Shown in pieces: positions 15,590 to 24,346 of a stretch of DNA of 43,685 nucleotides (the stretch's first letter is position 1; the number at the start of each line of letters is the position of its first letter). Location: contig JAWXCN010000198.1 of NCBI GenBank assembly GCA_034408725.1, positions 1-43,685 on the forward strand. The letters are read 5' to 3'. The translations under genes were made by a program, and so were the position numbers. The notes below the pieces were generated by a model, which made no database searches, had not been told where the DNA came from, and saw nothing but the letters and a program-made list of their open reading frames with translations. The DNA comes from Candidatus Hydrogenedentota bacterium (GTDB taxonomy: Bacteria; Hydrogenedentota; Hydrogenedentia; Hydrogenedentales; SLHB01).

Positions 15590-16816
15590 ATGCCGTTGCC
15601 ACCACTTCGATATCTTGATGTGTTCCATACCGAATTCGAAGGGGAAGCAGCCGTAATACTGAGCGATACCGAAGGTTTCATCGAGCAGCCGCTCGTGCTC
15701 AGTCCGCTTGCCTATTACATCGCGGCGCAACTGGATGGCGAAAACGATATCTCCGACATCCAATACCTGTTCTCCGTGGCGTCCGGGGGCCGTGAAATAC
15801 GCGACGAAGACATCATCCGCGTTGTTGAAATTCTGGATGATCACGGCTTTTTGTTTTCGGAGAACTATCGTTCCCTGCGCGAAAAGGTCATTGCGGAATT
15901 CAACGCCTTGACGGTCCGTTCCGCGCACCTCGCCGGGAAATCTTACCCCGATGACGCGACGGAGTTGCGGGAATATTTGGACGCGTACTACCTTTGCGAC
16001 GCCGGTCCCCGGCAACTGCCTGGGGCGGCCTCTATCGGTCAAAAGCATGTGCCTTGTTTTATTGTGCCCCACATTGATTATGAGCGCGGTGGCCATTCCT
16101 ACGCGCACGGCTATTTGCGCGCCGCTGCTTCCGGACGGCCCGAAACGGTTATTGTTTTCGGCGTGGCGCATGGAGGTTCGCCAACGCCGTTCGTGTTGAC
16201 CCGAAAAGATTTCGATACGCCGCTTGGGAGGGTGTGCACGGACGTCGATCTGGTCGATGAAATCGCCACGCGATGCCCCTGGGACGTCTTCACCAATGAA
16301 ATCGCGCACCGCACGGAACACTCTATTGAATTCCAGGCGGTAATGATAGCCCATGCGTTCGGCGCCGATGTCAGAATCGTTCCCATTTTATGTGGACCGT
16401 TTCTGACGGAAGAAAACATTATTGCGCCGCAGGTTGAGGAATTTCTGCACGCTTGCCGGACCGCGGTCGCCGGGCTTGGACGGCGGGTTACTGTTCTTGC
16501 TTCGGCGGACCTGGCGCATGTCGGTCTGCGTTTCGGTGACGCGGCCGACATTGATGATGCGATTCTCGACAGTGTCCGAATGCGGGACGAGGAAGATCTT
16601 GCGCCAGTGCTCACCGGTGAAGCGGAGGCTTGGTACTCGTCGGTCATGCGGGACGGCAATGCGAGAAGGGTCTGCGGCATCAATTGCATTTACGCAGCGC
16701 TGAGGACTGCCGAAGGGGCTGTTGAGGATGGCCAATTGCTCCATTACGGCTATGCGCCCGATCCAGGCGGCGGCATCGTCACTTTCGCGAGTGTTGTATT
16801 CCCTTCAAAGCCTTAG
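15590..16816 (+). CDS. MEMO1 family protein (AmmeMemoRadiSam system protein B-like) with N-terminal extension
   Basis: AG.SYP.D, VPHIDY..GG, GVAH, FDTPLG, HRTEHSIEFQ, ASADLAHVG, VCG motifs. Confidence 0.88.
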   Translation: MPLPPLRYLDVFHTEFEGEAAVILSDTEGFIEQPLVLSPLAYYIAAQLDGENDISDIQYLFSVASGGREIRDEDIIRVVEILDDHGFLFSENYRSLREKVIAEFNALTVRSAHLAGKSYPDDATELREYLDAYYLCDAGPRQLPGAASIGQKHVPCFIVPHIDYERGGHSYAHGYLRAAASGRPETVIVFGVAHGGSPTPFVLTRKDFDTPLGRVCTDVDLVDEIATRCPWDVFTNEIAHRTEHSIEFQAVMIAHAFGADVRIVPILCGPFLTEENIIAPQVEEFLHACRTAVAGLGRRVTVLASADLAHVGLRFGDAADIDDAILDSVRMRDEEDLAPVLTGEAEAWYSSVMRDGNARRVCGINCIYAALRTAEGAVEDGQLLHYGYAPDPGGGIVTFASVVFPSKP

Positions 16817-16832
16817 CGCCGCCGGATGCACA

Positions 16833-16861
16833 TTGAATCTTCGGCGTCCCAGTTTCATACT
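16833..16861 (+). promoter_or_regulatory. Putative promoter of the PAS gene
   Basis: TTGAAT, 17-nt spacer, CATACT. Confidence 0.45.
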
Positions 16862-16913
16862 AAGGCTTGAGCCAAGTTCCCCCGGTCGATGTAATCCCCA
16901 AGGAATCAGCGCG

Positions 16914-17426
16914 ATGAGCGGACATGGAGAGCAGCCCCCCGAGGATGTAGACACAACACTTGCCGCGCTACGCTGGCGAATAAGCGAATTGGAGTCAATG
17001 CTTGCGCGCAAGCAACAGGAAGTGGCGAACTTAACCCGCAACGAAGAAGTGTTGCACGCAACACTTAATGCGGCGGCGGACGGAATTCTTGCCGTCGATA
17101 CGTTGGGCCACGTGCTTGTGTCCAATCGGCAGTTTGCGAAGATGTGGCATATTCCACCCGATCTAATCGAAGCCGCGGATGACAACGAGCTCGTAAAATT
17201 CGTTATGGATCAGCTCGTTAGCCCAGAGCAGTTTGCGTCGAAAGTGCGGGAACTTTACCGATCCTACAATCCTTCGACGGATATTCTGCATTTTCGCGAT
17301 GGCCGCATCTTTACACGTTTTTCGCAGCCATTGGTCATGGGGGACACGCTGTGCGGCCGAGTATGGACATTTCGCGACATTTCCCCGCATGACCAGGTGA
17401 AGGCGGCGACCGATCAACCGCACTAG
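16914..17426 (+). CDS. Stand-alone PAS-domain protein with N-terminal coiled coil
   Basis: Start re-assigned to ATG 16914 (AAGGA upstream). LHATLNAAADGILAVD..G.V...N..F..MW and DGRIF.R.S.P......GRVWTFRDI PAS signature. Confidence 0.8.
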   Translation: MSGHGEQPPEDVDTTLAALRWRISELESMLARKQQEVANLTRNEEVLHATLNAAADGILAVDTLGHVLVSNRQFAKMWHIPPDLIEAADDNELVKFVMDQLVSPEQFASKVRELYRSYNPSTDILHFRDGRIFTRFSQPLVMGDTLCGRVWTFRDISPHDQVKAATDQPH

Positions 17427-17558
17427 GGAGCGCCCTCCCGCATTTATTTGCGAAAACATTCCGGAAGTTTTCGGGAAGTCCGGTTTGTTGGGGTATAGTG
17501 CCCGAAACTGTAGCGGAAGCTGGCCGGTCTCAAAATAAACGACCTGGAGAATTCACCA

Positions 17559-18926
17559 ATGCTTAGCCTGCTTGTGACGGGGCTTGCTGTTCTTGCCGCG
17601 GGCGAGCCCCGCATTTTCGCGCTCCAGGCTGACAGCAGCATATGGGATGTAACGGCCCACGACATTAACAATGACGGTATGGGCGATATCCTTGCGCTTT
17701 GCTGTGATGAAACGTCAGATCCGTTGACTAAATCGGTTGCGGTATATCTTGCCAACCCGGAAGGCGGATATCCCGCAATGCCAAGTTTTAGCGTGCCGTT
17801 GGATACTGCTTTGAGCGTCGGGTTTCTTGCGGAAGTCGATGGCGCTCCGCCCAAAGAACTCGTGCTCGCCAGCGCTGAAGGGCTTATAGCGTACGCATTT
17901 CGAGAGGGCACGCTTCAACCCGTTCTGGAAGCAAAATTCATGTCGCTGTTTCCCAGCGGAACGCGCGAACCCACATTCATTCAGGACGCCACCCACGACA
18001 TTGATGGCGACGGGATTGACGAGTGGTTCGCTCCAATGCCTACGGGATTCGCGGTGCGCAATCCTGAAGGGCTTGTCGCTGTAATCGGGTGCGACGTGGA
18101 CAGCGCCATCCGCACGGGTAGCGGGATGTCGATCAGCAGTAAATTCCCCGCGTACCACGCGTTCGAACTTCCTGGCCAATCCGACCATGCAATTGCGTTT
18201 CTGAGCGATGAATATGCGGACTTTGCGTTTGGTGACGGCTGGGGGAAGCGGGAACGGTTCAAAATCCCGGTCAATCTTGGAGACAAATGGGACACGAGCT
18301 CATCGATGGAAGATATAAACGGTGACGGGCTTCCTGACTTAATCGTGACGCAAACGGAGGGAACGATCAATCTGAAGGCGCTTACACAGGTTTATTTCGC
18401 AGATGGACCGATGAAGTATCCGGCGCAACCTACGGCGAAATTTGAGTCGGCGGGTTCGTTTGCGGCGCCCATGGTGAAGGACGTGAACGGGGACGGAAAG
18501 CAGGACATTATTTTCGTGAACATTCCGTTTGGCGTGAAGTCAATCGTCAACTTTTTTATGTGGCATAAGCTGGGCGTCGATCTGCAAATCTACGTGAACA
18601 ACGGCGCGGGGTTTGGAGCAAAACCTGATTTCAGCACGAGCGTGAGCATTGAGGCCCCAGACGGCAAGGAGCAGTCGGCGTATTGCATGGGAGATTTTGA
18701 CGGCGACGGCAAAACCGACGCGGCGTTTGGCGCGGGCCGGGAGAAACTGATGTTGCACGCGGGTGGTGACGCGAAGTTCATTTCGCAAAAACCGTATCTC
18801 ACGCTAACCGTTCCATCGTTTGGCGTGGCGCGAGCCTATAAACTCAATGATAACGCGGCCGAAGACATCGTTATTTTTCATCCCGGAATCACCCGGAAAA
18901 AGTATATCGAGGTCCTGGTCTTTTAG
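17559..18926 (+). CDS. Secreted FG-GAP/VCBS repeat protein
   Basis: Signal peptide, then repeated D(I/V/F)(N/D)xDGxx(x)D motifs: DINNDGMGD, DIDGDGID, DINGDGLPD, DVNGDGKQD, DFDGDGKTD. GGAG RBS. Confidence 0.88.
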   Translation: MLSLLVTGLAVLAAGEPRIFALQADSSIWDVTAHDINNDGMGDILALCCDETSDPLTKSVAVYLANPEGGYPAMPSFSVPLDTALSVGFLAEVDGAPPKELVLASAEGLIAYAFREGTLQPVLEAKFMSLFPSGTREPTFIQDATHDIDGDGIDEWFAPMPTGFAVRNPEGLVAVIGCDVDSAIRTGSGMSISSKFPAYHAFELPGQSDHAIAFLSDEYADFAFGDGWGKRERFKIPVNLGDKWDTSSSMEDINGDGLPDLIVTQTEGTINLKALTQVYFADGPMKYPAQPTAKFESAGSFAAPMVKDVNGDGKQDIIFVNIPFGVKSIVNFFMWHKLGVDLQIYVNNGAGFGAKPDFSTSVSIEAPDGKEQSAYCMGDFDGDGKTDAAFGAGREKLMLHAGGDAKFISQKPYLTLTVPSFGVARAYKLNDNAAEDIVIFHPGITRKKYIEVLVF

Positions 18927-18941
18927 ACCCAGGTGTATTCA

Positions 18942-18970
18942 TTGCGAATTCAGGGCGATTACGTTACTGT
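18942..18970 (+). promoter_or_regulatory. Putative promoter of the ytxJ-AAC(3) unit
   Basis: TTGCGA, 17-nt spacer, TACTGT. A bulged hairpin (18914-18933) just upstream may terminate the FG-GAP gene. Confidence 0.4.
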
Positions 18971-19042
18971 CGCGACATGCTTACGTTGTCGCATGCGTTG
19001 CGCGCGATTTTTGGCGCGAAACTTATCCCGGAGAGTCTCAAC

Positions 19043-19384
19043 ATGCAAAAACTGACATCGTTGGATGGTTGGACGGCATGTCTCGAAGCATCGCGAACAC
19101 GCCCTGTGTTGGTGTTCAAACACAGCACCTCATGTCCTATTTCCACCGAGGCGCATCGACAGGTCGCGGCGTATGCGGAATCCGCGGCTGAGAGCGATCC
19201 GCCAGTGTACATGGTCAGGGTGATTGAAGAGCGGCCAATTTCCAATCAAATCGCGGACGATCTCGGGTTGCAACACAAATCGCCTCAACTCATTTTGCTC
19301 CAGGATGGACGCCCGGCGTGGAACGCATCACACTACGGAATTCAGGCGAAAGCGATTCGGGATGCTATTCCGGCGCAGACCTGA
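19043..19384 (+). CDS. ytxJ: Bacillithiol-system redox-active protein YtxJ/BrxC family (thioredoxin-like, monothiol)
   Basis: FKHSTSCPIS, V...R.ISN.IA...G..H.SPQ.IL...G...W.ASH..I signature. ATG 19043 with GGAG; in-frame alternative at 18977. Confidence 0.85.
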   Translation: MQKLTSLDGWTACLEASRTRPVLVFKHSTSCPISTEAHRQVAAYAESAAESDPPVYMVRVIEERPISNQIADDLGLQHKSPQLILLQDGRPAWNASHYGIQAKAIRDAIPAQT

Positions 19385-19387
19385 ATC

Positions 19388-20224
19388 ATGGACGATGCCG
19401 GGCGGCAGTCATTGAGCGAAGAGAGTGTCATCCGGCAAACGCAAGCCATGGTTACGCCGGACATCCTTGCAATCGGCTTGCGCGCCCTCGGCCTTCGGGC
19501 TGGAGATACTGTACTTGTTCACGTGGCGCTTTCCCGATTTGGCTGGGTTTGCGGTGGCGCGCAGGCAGTAGTCTTGGCTCTCCAGGAAGTGATAACAGAG
19601 GCGGGAACTTTGGTAATGCCCGCCCATAGCGCACATCTTAGCGAACCGTCCCTTTGGCGATCCCCGCCGGTGCCCGAGGAGTGGTGGGAGGATATTCGGG
19701 AAGAAATGCCCGCGTATCAAAGGGAATGCACCCCTACGTGGGGCATGGGGCAGGTTGCGGAATGTTTTCGCACGTTCCCCGCCGTATTGCGAAGCGATCA
19801 TCCTCATGTATCGTTTGCCGCGTGGGGGAAAGAAGCTCACATTATCACTGGCGATCACGAATTGGAACTCGGATTGGGTGAAGGTTCGCCACTCGCGCGC
19901 ATCCATGAACGCGATGGCCGTGTGTTGTTGCTCGGCGTTTCGCACAGGGTCAACACCTCCTTGCATCTGGCGGAACATCGCGCTGAGTTTTCATCGAAGC
20001 ATCTGTACTGGCAAGGAGCGCCGGTTATCGAGGACGGCCGGCGCACCTGGCGTGAGTTCGAGGAATTGGCGATGGACACCGATGATTTTCAGGAAGTCGG
20101 AGCCGCTTTTGACGAATCGGGAGGAAGCATGCGCGGTTCCATTGGCTTGGCGTGTTGCAGGCTCATGTCCCAGCCACGCCTGGTGGACTTTGCACAAGAG
20201 TGGTTTTCAACTAATCGCCGGTGA
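19388..20224 (+). CDS. Aminoglycoside N(3)-acetyltransferase family protein (YokD-like)
   Basis: GDTVLVH..LS..GWVCGG, GTLVMP, MG.VAE.FR, RS.HP..SF.AWG, SPLAR, LLLGV....NTSLHLAE. Confidence 0.9.
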   Translation: MDDAGRQSLSEESVIRQTQAMVTPDILAIGLRALGLRAGDTVLVHVALSRFGWVCGGAQAVVLALQEVITEAGTLVMPAHSAHLSEPSLWRSPPVPEEWWEDIREEMPAYQRECTPTWGMGQVAECFRTFPAVLRSDHPHVSFAAWGKEAHIITGDHELELGLGEGSPLARIHERDGRVLLLGVSHRVNTSLHLAEHRAEFSSKHLYWQGAPVIEDGRRTWREFEELAMDTDDFQEVGAAFDESGGSMRGSIGLACCRLMSQPRLVDFAQEWFSTNRR

Positions 20225-21155
20225 GATGCCCGGCATTTTTTCGCGCGATAATTGCGTTGCGGCGAAGGCCCTCCATTTTTGCGCGCATGACGGGAGTGCC
20301 CGCGAACTGCCGAAAGAAATCTGCCTCCGTGAGCGACTCAATCTCAGCGAGACTGGGGTTCGCGTGGCCCAGCCGGGGTAGGAAATCAGTCTCGGTGGTT
20401 TCCCCAAGCCTCCTATTCCAGGGACAAACGTCCTGACACTCGTCGCAGCCAAATACCCAATCGCCAATGCCGTCGTGAAGTTCTTCCGGTATCGCGCCTT
20501 TATTTTCAATCGTCTGGTAAGAGATACAGCGGCGCGAATCGACAATCCGCGCATCAACGATTGCCGCTGTCGGACAAGCGTCAATGCAGAGCCGGCAACT
20601 GCCGCATTGGTCGGGAATTGGCGAATCGTGATCGAATTCGGCCGTAGTGAGAATTACGCCGAGGAAAAAGTACGAGCCCAGTTCACGCCGCAAAACCAAG
20701 CTGTTCTTTCCGATCCAACCGAGGCCCGCGCGGACCGCCCACGCCTTTTCCATGACGGGTCCGCTGTCTATGCAGCAATAGGTAGCGCTTCCCGCGCAAC
20801 GTTCTTCGATGTAGCGCGCCAGCGCGCGCACCGGTTTTTGCAAGACGCGGTGATAGTCACGGCCCCACGCATACCGCGATACGCGACCCTGTCCTTTCCC
20901 GCTCTCCGGCCGTTGAATGAAATAATTCCGGGCTAGCACGATGACAGACTGGGCGCCGGGTAATTTTAGTTGGATGTCCCGGCGTACATCCCTGGTGCGT
21001 TCCATCCAGTGCATGTCCGCGTGATATCCGGCGGCAAGCCATTGTGCAAGATGGTCCGTTGGATCAATGTCATCCGCCGCCGCTATGCCGCACGCGTCAA
21101 ACTCAAGTTCGGCCGCCTTGCTTTTTAGGCCGGCGGCATGAAGTGGGGAAGACAT
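20211..21155 (-). CDS. queG: tRNA epoxyqueuosine(34) reductase QueG
   Basis: SRYAWGRDYH, DSGPVMEKAWA.RAGLGWIGKN, CGSCRLCIDACPT, CISY.TIE, GCDECQDVCPWN. Confidence 0.95.
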   Translation of the reverse strand: MSSPLHAAGLKSKAAELEFDACGIAAADDIDPTDHLAQWLAAGYHADMHWMERTRDVRRDIQLKLPGAQSVIVLARNYFIQRPESGKGQGRVSRYAWGRDYHRVLQKPVRALARYIEERCAGSATYCCIDSGPVMEKAWAVRAGLGWIGKNSLVLRRELGSYFFLGVILTTAEFDHDSPIPDQCGSCRLCIDACPTAAIVDARIVDSRRCISYQTIENKGAIPEELHDGIGDWVFGCDECQDVCPWNRRLGETTETDFLPRLGHANPSLAEIESLTEADFFRQFAGTPVMRAKMEGLRRNAIIARKNAGHLTGD

Positions 21156-21168
21156 AGGGTCTGCGTTT

Positions 21169-22035
21169 TTAGTTGCTGCTTGCGACGGACCGCGTGCCCA
21201 GCGTCATGGCCGCAAATACGGGATAGTGATCCGAGGGATAGCGTCCGTCCTTGTTGAACGTCACTGTTTCACAACGGTGTATGTCCACGTCGCCCCGCGT
21301 CAGTATCCAGTCAATTCGCCGGTCCGCTCTTGGTTCAGGGGCTTTGAACGCGCTCCACGTGACCGAAGGCCCGAGTTGTTCGCCCGCGGTTTTCCAAGCG
21401 TCGCCAAGTCCCCCTTCGGTGAGGACCGTGTACGCTTCGCTTGCGCCGGCTTTCGCGTTGAAATCTCCGGTAAGGACCAACGGAATTTGCCGGGGTAGCT
21501 TTTGAATATAGTCGAGCAAGACCTTGGCGCCCGCCTGACGCGCGGGTTCACTCTTGTGATCGAGATGCGTATTCAGAAAATAGAAAATTTCTTTGGTTTC
21601 GATATAGTAGAACTTCGCCCATGTTACCGTGCGGCGGCATGCGCTGTTCCACGCGATGCTGCCGACGACCTCCGGCGTTTCCGAAAGCCAAAAGGTCCCC
21701 GTTTCGATAGGCGCAACGACTTTCGGTTTATAGAGCACCGCCATATACTCGCTTGTGCAATCCGGTTCGCGGCCTACACCGAACCACCGGTATTCCGGCA
21801 ATTCATTAACGATATAGTCGGCCTGAAAATCCAGGCACTCCTGGGTCCCTATTACGTCGGGAGTGAATTCCTGAATAGTATTGACGACGAGGTCCTTGCG
21901 TTCATCCCAATGGTTGGGACCGTCGTTGGCGGTGCCGTATCGGACGTTGAACGACATCACGCGAAGATTTACTTCCGCGTCCGCGGAAATAGCGAGCATC
22001 GTACAAAGGAACAATGGGAAAACTATGTGCTTCAT
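21169..22035 (-). CDS. Secreted endonuclease/exonuclease/phosphatase family protein
   Basis: Signal peptide. SFNVRY, GTQE, TFWLSETP, NTHLDH, LTGDFNA, IDWI, PSDH. Confidence 0.92.
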   Translation of the reverse strand: MKHIVFPLFLCTMLAISADAEVNLRVMSFNVRYGTANDGPNHWDERKDLVVNTIQEFTPDVIGTQECLDFQADYIVNELPEYRWFGVGREPDCTSEYMAVLYKPKVVAPIETGTFWLSETPEVVGSIAWNSACRRTVTWAKFYYIETKEIFYFLNTHLDHKSEPARQAGAKVLLDYIQKLPRQIPLVLTGDFNAKAGASEAYTVLTEGGLGDAWKTAGEQLGPSVTWSAFKAPEPRADRRIDWILTRGDVDIHRCETVTFNKDGRYPSDHYPVFAAMTLGTRSVASSN

Positions 22036-22037
22036 GG

Positions 22038-23027
22038 TTACTCTCTTCCAGTTTGAATTGATTTTTTACGGTCGCGCTTTTTAAGTGCATTTTTTGTGAG
22101 GACGAGCTTCGACGCGGCATTCCGCCGACCCTCGCAGCATGATCTCGCCGGCGTGCCGAGAGACTGAAGCGCCGCTTCAGGACTCTCGTGCAACGGCCAC
22201 CGCTTGACGGTTTTTGTGAATTTCGATAACAGCCGGGCAGTTTGTCCGTCAATGCGCGCAATCAGTATTCCCAATGACTTCGCATGGGACGGTAATTCCG
22301 CCGCGGACGCGACGACATGGTTGCGCAATATTCGCTGATCATTCCAGGCGCCCAGCGATTCCTGGTCCTTTTTGAGCTTCGCGATGAATTTTGCCATTGA
22401 ACTTCCATATACGGGCTGGCAGATTTCACAACTATACCGGAGTTTCTTGAACGCAATGCGTACGGCGTGCAAATGCTCATCTGACGCGTTGTCTTGCCAG
22501 GCCGTATACGCCATCGCCAAATCTGCATAACGTTTCTTGATTGTCTTAATCACCTCCGCCAGATAACAGCGTTTTGGCGGTTTCATGTTTTCAATAAGCG
22601 CGTCATACGCCGCGCGAAACTGGGGTGATCGCGCCAGCCCGCAACTTGCGTCCACGGCGCCGGATTCCGTCTCGCGCAACATGCGCAACCGTCGCAGAAC
22701 GGCCGTGATCGCGGGATGGCTAGATTTTGGCAGACGTTTTCGCCAATCGCGCAACAAATGCACTGTAACATCCAGTTCGCGCGCCGTGCCCAATCCACGT
22801 GTAATAGACCTGACCTGCTTGCGAAACGGTTTTAGCGCGCGCTTGCGGTAATAGGGCGCATGGTCCGCGAGGACGGCCCGCAAACGTCTGGATGCAACCC
22901 GTAAATCGTGGATGCCTTCCACGTCATGCGCCGCCGCGGCGCGCACGTTACGGCGCAATGTGGCCGCTCGTTCGCGTAAAGCCCTGCGCGCAACGGAATG
23001 CGCGCGCGCGCAACGTAGCCTCGTCAT
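22038..23027 (-). CDS. CHAD domain protein (polyphosphate-binding family)
   Basis: Start re-assigned to ATG 23027 (ATGA overlap). IHDLRVASRRLRA, LG.ARELDV, LHAVRIAFKKLRY..E, Q..LG.WND. Very basic. Confidence 0.88.
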   Translation of the reverse strand: MTRLRCARAHSVARRALRERAATLRRNVRAAAAHDVEGIHDLRVASRRLRAVLADHAPYYRKRALKPFRKQVRSITRGLGTARELDVTVHLLRDWRKRLPKSSHPAITAVLRRLRMLRETESGAVDASCGLARSPQFRAAYDALIENMKPPKRCYLAEVIKTIKKRYADLAMAYTAWQDNASDEHLHAVRIAFKKLRYSCEICQPVYGSSMAKFIAKLKKDQESLGAWNDQRILRNHVVASAAELPSHAKSLGILIARIDGQTARLLSKFTKTVKRWPLHESPEAALQSLGTPARSCCEGRRNAASKLVLTKNALKKRDRKKSIQTGRE

Positions 23028-24346
23028 GGCGCGAGCTCCAACGTGCCGCGCCAACCTGCTGGCGACCCGTACGCATGGATGATTGTGATATGGCTGGATC
23101 GGGACATCCCTCCGGGATTGAGACCCGGCATTCCCTCTGGAATCCCGGTGGCCAGTTCCGTGTAATACTCCGTCCACGCCGGAAATGTATGGCCGGTTGT
23201 TGGGTCGAGGAAAGTCATGGGGTACAAATCAAACAGAGCAACGCCGCCGTTCGCAACGCGAAACGATTCATAGAGGAGCTCGGAACAGTAAAAGGTCGAG
23301 TTCTCCATGGTAAATACCGTGTCGTAGGGTCTCCCCAGAAATCCCCGCGCGACATCGACGGCCCGCGCTTTAACTTGCTTGTCGATATCCTCGAGCCGGC
23401 CGACAAGCACTTTGGGTTGTCCAGATTCATCAAAGCTGCGTCCGAGGAAATCGCCCAACGAGGTCTCGACAACGCCCGCACCGACCGCTTCGATGATATG
23501 GACCGCGTCATCGCCGACGCGCGACACCATGCCGACATGGCTGAATTTCGCGCCATCAACGCCTTGGGTTACGGTTTCGATTGCATCGCAGAGCGGGCCG
23601 GCATCCAGGTCTTGAAACAACAGGTCGCCGGGTTGCAGGCGGATACGTGTTTCACGCGCATGAAGGGTGGTCGCGCATCCGGTGAATAGAATCAAAGCAG
23701 CCACAATGAGGATGGACTTCCTCATGCGTTTTTTGGTTTCACTGCTGGAGGAAACTGACCTAACGATAACTTTCATGCTAAATGCTTCCTCGAAAAGGCC
23801 ACATTTCCGCCTTGCGCCCGCGATATCCATGTGGTTGAGCTCCCGTTGCGTCACATTCAGCGCGATGCTATCCGTTTTGTGTTCGGCATTGATCCGTTTG
23901 CAGCTTGCACTGTGGCTTCGATCCAATCCGTCCGCGATCCGAAGTATTCCGGCCAATCGGCAAACGCGTTGCTGGTCACTGCCTGACAATTCTGAGTAGA
24001 CGGGATGTGTGGACTTGGGATGGGCCTTGCGGTGGTAGCGCGCGATGCAGGCGATGATAAGACTTTCGTTCCTGGAAAAGCCGGTCAAGTTCATGGCGAG
24101 GACCAGATCACGTGAATGCTTGTGGTGCGCCCGCGGAGAGACCCGGTGGCCCAGATCGTGGAGAAGCGCCGCGGCCTCGAGCAAACGCCGATCTTCGTGA
24201 CCCATTCTGTGTATCGACAACAGCGCGTCGAATAACGCCATTGCGTTTTTGCGCACTTGAAATGGATGTGGCGGTTCCGGGTCCAAACGCCGCACCAATT
24301 TTTCAATGGCGAGAATGCCGGAGTCTTTTTGTGTTTTATTTTCCAA
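23024..24346 (-). CDS. Single ORF joining a Ppx/GppA C-terminal-type HD domain and a YiiX/YebB-like permuted papain (NlpC/P60) lipoprotein; possibly two genes
   Basis: N half: LLHDLGH, HHKHS, ARYHRK, LRIADGLD. From internal Met208 (23725): MRKSILIVAALILFTG-C lipobox, LQPGDLLFQ, FSHVG, LGRPYD, FYCSEL. Confidence 0.8.
   Translation of the reverse strand: MENKTQKDSGILAIEKLVRRLDPEPPHPFQVRKNAMALFDALLSIHRMGHEDRRLLEAAALLHDLGHRVSPRAHHKHSRDLVLAMNLTGFSRNESLIIACIARYHRKAHPKSTHPVYSELSGSDQQRVCRLAGILRIADGLDRSHSASCKRINAEHKTDSIALNVTQRELNHMDIAGARRKCGLFEEAFSMKVIVRSVSSSSETKKRMRKSILIVAALILFTGCATTLHARETRIRLQPGDLLFQDLDAGPLCDAIETVTQGVDGAKFSHVGMVSRVGDDAVHIIEAVGAGVVETSLGDFLGRSFDESGQPKVLVGRLEDIDKQVKARAVDVARGFLGRPYDTVFTMENSTFYCSELLYESFRVANGGVALFDLYPMTFLDPTTGHTFPAWTEYYTELATGIPEGMPGLNPGGMSRSSHITIIHAYGSPAGWRGTLELAP

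Noticed and set aside
1504-20224. Aminoglycoside biosynthetic cluster (B12 rSAMs, BtrN-like enzyme and AAC(3) self-resistance)
   Set aside because: The AAC(3)-family gene is more than 11 kb away in a separate unit, and no DOI synthase, aminotransferase or pathway glycosyltransferase is present.
20211-20224. 14-bp convergent overlap of the AAC(3)-family gene and queG
   Set aside because: Short 3' overlaps of convergent genes are common, and there is no evidence of a regulatory role.
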